A stretch of DNA of 64,000 nt from the NCBI GenBank assembly GCA_964449385.1, contig CAYUYO010000001.1, forward strand, positions 36,720 through 100,719, in the 5' to 3' direction. Below the pieces are notes generated by a model, which ran no database searches, was not told where the DNA came from, and saw only the letters and a program-made list of their open reading frames with translations. The stretch comes from an uncultured Candidatus Saccharibacteria bacterium. GTDB taxonomy: Bacteria; Patescibacteriota; Minisyncoccia; Minisyncoccales; CAYUYO01. Shown here piece by piece: positions 59,501-64,000 of this stretch (position 1 is its first letter; each line of letters begins with the position of its first letter). The translations under genes were made by a program, and so were the position numbers.

Positions 59501-60205
59501 ATGAAAGGTTTTATTTTAGCAGCCGGTGAGGGAACAAGATTAAGACCTTTAACCTACGAAATTCCAAAACCGTTATTACCAGTAGGTAAAATTCCAATCC
59601 TTACCTACTTAGTAGAGCTTTATCTAAAAAATGGAATTGACGATATAAAGATTAATGTCCAAAAAAGCCACCTTGAAGATTTTTATAAGTGGAAAGTAAC
59701 TTATTTTCCAAGAGAAAAGATCGAATTAATAGTTGAGCCAAAACCCTCCGGAACTTTCACCCCTATTGTTAAAAAAGTAGATCCAAAATGGTTTTCCGAA
59801 CCAATTGTGATATCAAACGGAGATGAATTAAAAGAATTAAACTTAAAGAAAATGGTTGCTTGGCATAAAAGGAAAAAAGCAACAGTTACTATCGGTCTAA
59901 TAAAAGTTGATGATCCTAGCACATATGGTTCTGTTAGAATGAAAGGTGATAAAATTATAGAATTTCTACAAAAATCTCCTAATCCTCCTTCTAATTTTAT
60001 TAATTCAGGTATTTTTATTTTAAGTCCTGAGGTTAAAAAATATTATCCTTTTAAAAAAGCTAAGTTCTCAATGCTAGAAGAAGACCTTTTTCCTAAACTA
60101 GCCAAGGAAGGCAAACTTTTCGGATATAAATGGAAAGGAAAATGGCAAGATGTGGGAACTTTTGAAAGATGGGAAGAAGCTATTAAAAATTGGAATGAAA
60201 AATAA
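59501..60205 (+). CDS. NDP-sugar nucleotidyltransferase
   Basis: LAAGEGTRLRPLT..IPKPLLPV, NGD, INSG, W.DVGT. Confidence 0.9.
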   Translation: MKGFILAAGEGTRLRPLTYEIPKPLLPVGKIPILTYLVELYLKNGIDDIKINVQKSHLEDFYKWKVTYFPREKIELIVEPKPSGTFTPIVKKVDPKWFSEPIVISNGDELKELNLKKMVAWHKRKKATVTIGLIKVDDPSTYGSVRMKGDKIIEFLQKSPNPPSNFINSGIFILSPEVKKYYPFKKAKFSMLEEDLFPKLAKEGKLFGYKWKGKWQDVGTFERWEEAIKNWNEK

Positions 60206-60206
60206 T

Positions 60207-61250
60207 ATGTCCAAAAAAGTTTTAATTACCGGAGGTGCAGGATTTATTGGAACCAATGCTGCTTCTTATTATCTTAAAAAAGGATATAAAATCATTGTTT
60301 ATGATAATCTTTCCCGAGCCGGAGCTAAACAAAATTTAGATTGGTTAAAAAATCAGAAAGGAAATTTTATTTTTATTAAAGGAGATATCAGGAATGACAA
60401 AAAGTTATTAGAAACTTTTAAAAAATATAAACCAGATATAGTTTTACATTTAGCTGCGCAAACCACGATGGTGACTTCAGTAACTAATCCCAGAGAAGAT
60501 TTTGAAATAAATGCCTTTGGTACATTCAATGTTTTAGAAGCGATGCGAAAAGAGAGTCCAAAAGCCAGTTTACTTTATAGTTCTACAAACAAAGTTTATG
60601 GAGAAATGACTGATGTTCCAGTAGTTGAAAAAAAGAAAAGATATTCTTATAAAAATATTAAAGGCATCGATGAAAAATATCCTCTTGATTTTTGTGGACC
60701 TTATGGAAATTCAAAAGGTACTGGCGACCAATATACGATTGACTATGCAAGAATTTATGGTTTAAATACAATTGTTTTTCGGCAATCAGGAATTTATGGT
60801 CCTAATCAGTTTGGAATTGAAGAACAAGGTTGGTTAGCTTGGTTTTGCAACGCTTTATTGTTTAATAAACCGGTTACTATTTTTGGCGACGGCAAACAGG
60901 TTAGAGATGTTTTATATATTGATGACTTAATTTCAGCTTATGATTTGGCTCTCAGAAATATCAAGAAAACTCGCGGTAAGGTTTATAATATCGGCGGTGG
61001 GTTAAAATTTTCTCTTTCCATCTGGGAATTGTTTGAAATTTTAGAAACAGTATCTGGTAAAAAATTTAATTACAAATTCAGTTCTTGGAGACCGGGTGAT
61101 CAAAAGATTTATATTTCCGATATCAGGAAAATTAAAAAAGAACTTGGCTGGCAGCCTAAGATTTCTCCAAAAGAAGGAGTTGAAAAACTATTTAATTGGA
61201 TTTCTCAAAACAAAACTCTTATTAAAAAAGCTGGAGTATTCAAGTGTTAA
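60207..61250 (+). CDS. NAD-dependent epimerase (CDP-paratose 2-epimerase/RfbE-like)
   Basis: TGGAGFIG, STNKVYG, YGNSK, QFGIEEQGW, WRPGDQK. Confidence 0.85.
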   Translation: MSKKVLITGGAGFIGTNAASYYLKKGYKIIVYDNLSRAGAKQNLDWLKNQKGNFIFIKGDIRNDKKLLETFKKYKPDIVLHLAAQTTMVTSVTNPREDFEINAFGTFNVLEAMRKESPKASLLYSSTNKVYGEMTDVPVVEKKKRYSYKNIKGIDEKYPLDFCGPYGNSKGTGDQYTIDYARIYGLNTIVFRQSGIYGPNQFGIEEQGWLAWFCNALLFNKPVTIFGDGKQVRDVLYIDDLISAYDLALRNIKKTRGKVYNIGGGLKFSLSIWELFEILETVSGKKFNYKFSSWRPGDQKIYISDIRKIKKELGWQPKISPKEGVEKLFNWISQNKTLIKKAGVFKC

Positions 61251-61253
61251 AGA

Positions 61254-61335
61254 GCCGCGGTGATGAAATTGGCAAACATGCTGGCTTCAGGAGTCAGTGC
61301 TAAAAAGCTTGTGGGTTCGAGTCCCACCCGCGGCA
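61254..61335 (+). tRNA. tRNA-Leu(CAG), CCA not encoded
   Basis: GCCGCGG/CCGCGGC, CTGGC-TTCAGGA-GTCAG, variable arm, TTCGAGT, A73. Confidence 0.92.
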
Positions 61336-61337
61336 CT

Positions 61338-63017
61338 ATGAATATACAACAAAAACAAAACCTTAAACTTATTCCTTTAGGCGGACTTGGAGAAGTTGGT
61401 CGAAATATGATACTTCTTGAATGGCAAGAGAAGATTTTAATTTGCGATATGGGACTGCGTTTTCCCGAAGAGGATATGCCTGGAATTGATTGTATTATTC
61501 CAAATATCAGTTATCTTAGAAACAAAGAAAAAAATATTTTAGGAATAATTTTTACTCACGGCCATTATGATCATATTGGTGCTATCCCTTATTTTATTGG
61601 AAAAATTGGCAATCCTAAAATGTTTGCCTCTGCTTTAACTAAGGGAATTATTTTAAAAAGGCAGGAAGAATTTCCAAATCAGCCAAAACTTAATATTGAA
61701 ACAGTCAAATCAGGAGATAGAATCCAATTAGGCCCTTTTAAGATTGAATTTTTCAGGCAAAATCATAATATTCCTGGTAATTTAGGATTCTTTATTGAAA
61801 CTCCTGTCGGTAATATTATAGACACTTCCGATTTCAAATTTGACCCAAATCCGGTTAACGACTTGCCTACTGATTTTGAAAAATTAAAAACTCTTTCCAA
61901 AAGAAAAGTTCTTCTTTTAATGTCGGATTCAACCGGAGCCGAAGAGGAAAATCACTCTCTTTCTGAAAAAACCATTGAACAAAATTTGGAGAAAATCTTT
62001 CAAGATTCTCCAGGCAGAATTATTGCCGCTACTTTTGCTTCTCTGATTAACCGAATTCAACAAATGATTACCCTTTCAGAAAAATATAATCGGAAAGTTT
62101 TGATTGAAGGTTATTCAATGAAAAACGACGTTGAAATTGCCAAAAACTTGGGTTACATCAAAATAAAAAAAGGCACTTTGATCAAAAGTAAGGAGCTTGT
62201 AAATTATCCTGATTCAAAATTAACTATTCTTTGTACCGGTGCTCAGGGAGAAGGACGCGCAGTTTTAATGAAGATCATTAATAAAGAACATCGACTTATC
62301 CGTTTTAAAAAAGGAGATAGTATAGTTCTTTCTTCTTCAGTTATTCCAGGAAATGAAAGAACAGTTCAGATTCTTAAAGATGGTATTTTAAGACAAAAAG
62401 CTAAAGTTTTCCATTACAAAATGATGGATATTCATGCCGGAGGCCATGCTCATAAAGAAGAATTGAAAGAAATGATTGAAATTATAAAGCCGAAGTTCTT
62501 TATCCCTATCCACGGCCAATATTCAATGTTAGTTGCTCATAGTGAAATAGCTAAAGAAACAGGTGTTCTTGAAAAAAATATCATTACAGCTGAAAATGGG
62601 CAAATTATCAATTTAAACCAAGACAGGATTTTTATTGACAAAAAAAATGTTCCCTCAAATTATATAATGGTTGACGGTTTGGGAATTGGAGATGTCGGAG
62701 AAATAGTTCTCCGTGACAGACAAATGTTATCCAGGGACGGAATGTTTGTAATCGTAGCTATAATTGACAGACAAACTGGCCAGGTGAAGGGTTCTCCTGA
62801 TATAATATCAAGAGGATTTGTTTATCTGAGAGAATCAAAAGATTTATTAAATCAAACTCGGAAAAGAGTAATTGAAATTGTTAATCAGGCGGCCGGTTCA
62901 GGAGGAGCTGTAAATTGGATCTATGTCAAAGATGAAATTAGAAACAAAATAGGCAAGTTTTTATATGTTAAAACTCAAAGAAGGCCGATGATATTGCCAG
63001 TAGTAATAGAAGTATAA
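61338..63017 (+). CDS. rnj: Ribonuclease J
   Basis: PLGGLGEVGRNM, THGHYDHIG, SDST, TGAQGE, HAGGH; start at MNIQQ after the tRNA. Confidence 0.93.
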   Translation: MNIQQKQNLKLIPLGGLGEVGRNMILLEWQEKILICDMGLRFPEEDMPGIDCIIPNISYLRNKEKNILGIIFTHGHYDHIGAIPYFIGKIGNPKMFASALTKGIILKRQEEFPNQPKLNIETVKSGDRIQLGPFKIEFFRQNHNIPGNLGFFIETPVGNIIDTSDFKFDPNPVNDLPTDFEKLKTLSKRKVLLLMSDSTGAEEENHSLSEKTIEQNLEKIFQDSPGRIIAATFASLINRIQQMITLSEKYNRKVLIEGYSMKNDVEIAKNLGYIKIKKGTLIKSKELVNYPDSKLTILCTGAQGEGRAVLMKIINKEHRLIRFKKGDSIVLSSSVIPGNERTVQILKDGILRQKAKVFHYKMMDIHAGGHAHKEELKEMIEIIKPKFFIPIHGQYSMLVAHSEIAKETGVLEKNIITAENGQIINLNQDRIFIDKKNVPSNYIMVDGLGIGDVGEIVLRDRQMLSRDGMFVIVAIIDRQTGQVKGSPDIISRGFVYLRESKDLLNQTRKRVIEIVNQAAGSGGAVNWIYVKDEIRNKIGKFLYVKTQRRPMILPVVIEV

Positions 63018-63022
63018 AATAT

Positions 63023-63997
63023 ATGCGAGTATTTTCTGGTATTCAACCAACAGGCGAATTACATATTGGAAATTATCTGGGAATGCTTAAACAATCTGTT
63101 GAGCTTCAGGAAAAAGCTGAATGTATTTTTTCAATTGTTGATTTACATGCTATTACTATTCCCTATCAGCCAGAAAATTTTCAGAAAAGAATTATTGAAA
63201 CTGCTATTACTTATTTAGCTGTAGGATTCAATCCGGAAAAATCAATTATTTATGTCCAGTCTCGAGTAAAAGCTCACACAGAACTCTGTTGGTTGTTATC
63301 TACAGTATGCCCTATTGGCGATTTAATGCGTATGACCCAGTACAAAGAAAAAGCCAGACAGTTTAAGAAAAATATCAATGCCGGACTTTTGAACTATCCG
63401 ATTTTAATGGCTGCCGACATTTTGCTTTATCAAACAGATTTGGTACCAGTAGGAAAAGACCAGAAACAGCATGTTGAATTAGCCAGAACTATTGCCAGAA
63501 AATTCAATCAAAAATTTGGTAAAACTTTTAAGGAGCCGAAAGTCCAGATACCAAAAATAGGAGCAAAGATTATGGCTTTGAATAATCCTAAAAAGAAAAT
63601 GTCAAAATCTTTAGGACCTCAAAGCTATATTTCTCTTTTTGATGAACCGGAAGTAATTAAGAAAAAAGTGATGGCTGCCGTAACCGACTTGGGTCGGATT
63701 GTTAAATATGCGGACAGCAAGCCGGGAATTTCTAATCTTTTAACTATTTATTCTTTATTCTCTGATAAATCAATCAAAGAAATTGAAAAGAAATTTAATA
63801 AAAAAGGATATGCTGATTTTAAAAAATCTTTAGCCGAGCTTTTAATAAGACATTTAGAGCCTTTTCGCCGAAAAAGAAAAGAACTTCTTTTAAGAGAAGT
63901 TTATATTAAAGAAATTTTACAAAAAGGAGCTGAAAGAGCTGAAATTCTTGCCCAATCAACCTTGGAAGAAACCAAGAAAAAAATGGGCCTGATATAA
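63023..63997 (+). CDS. trpS: Tryptophan--tRNA ligase
   Basis: SGIQPTG.LHIGNY, YPILMAADI, VGKDQKQH, KMSKS. Confidence 0.97.
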   Translation: MRVFSGIQPTGELHIGNYLGMLKQSVELQEKAECIFSIVDLHAITIPYQPENFQKRIIETAITYLAVGFNPEKSIIYVQSRVKAHTELCWLLSTVCPIGDLMRMTQYKEKARQFKKNINAGLLNYPILMAADILLYQTDLVPVGKDQKQHVELARTIARKFNQKFGKTFKEPKVQIPKIGAKIMALNNPKKKMSKSLGPQSYISLFDEPEVIKKKVMAAVTDLGRIVKYADSKPGISNLLTIYSLFSDKSIKEIEKKFNKKGYADFKKSLAELLIRHLEPFRRKRKELLLREVYIKEILQKGAERAEILAQSTLEETKKKMGLI

Positions 63998-64000
63998 TCT

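Noticed and set aside
61260-61337. N-terminal extension of RNase J in the ORF track
   Set aside because: It is read through the tRNA-Leu gene; the ATG at 61338 is the better start.

Overview
AT-rich bacterial chromosome segment, most consistent with Patescibacteria/CPR (Parcubacteria-like). This is inferred from the absent uL30 gene in the spc operon, the short AlaRS, the general lack of Shine-Dalgarno sites and several CPR-typical families. 1-24.6 kb: str-S10-spc-alpha ribosomal superoperon (minus strand), interrupted by tpiA/ykuK/mnmA/alaS. 24.6-36 kb: tRNA-Pro, a promoter-driven ~136-nt hairpin ncRNA (6S-like), a second adenylate-kinase-like gene, and an Fe-S/thiol-redox island (minimal SufBC, ferredoxin, thioredoxin-FTR fusion, CcdA-like, NifX/MinD-type genes). 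36-46 kb: glycosylation genes, csp, SPFH and small accessory genes downstream of tRNA-Asn. 46-64 kb: rpoD, intein-containing dnaG, mscS, an orphan DGR-target-like gene, a tRNA-Ser-anchored cassette array, groESL, secG, sugar-nucleotide genes, tRNA-Leu/rnj and trpS. Most notable: (1) an integron-like tandem array at the tRNA-Ser 3' end, where single defence-type genes (HEPN, HNH) are separated by copies of a 23-bp recombination-like core plus conserved accessory motifs, with no integrase in the window; (2) a gene-oriented AAAGGTCG leader motif upstream of about 11 SD-less genes; (3) a DGR-type variable gene with no RT/TR nearby; (4) a LAGLIDADG intein splitting the primase zinc finger. All calls are by eye from the sequence and the ORF track; no searches were run.
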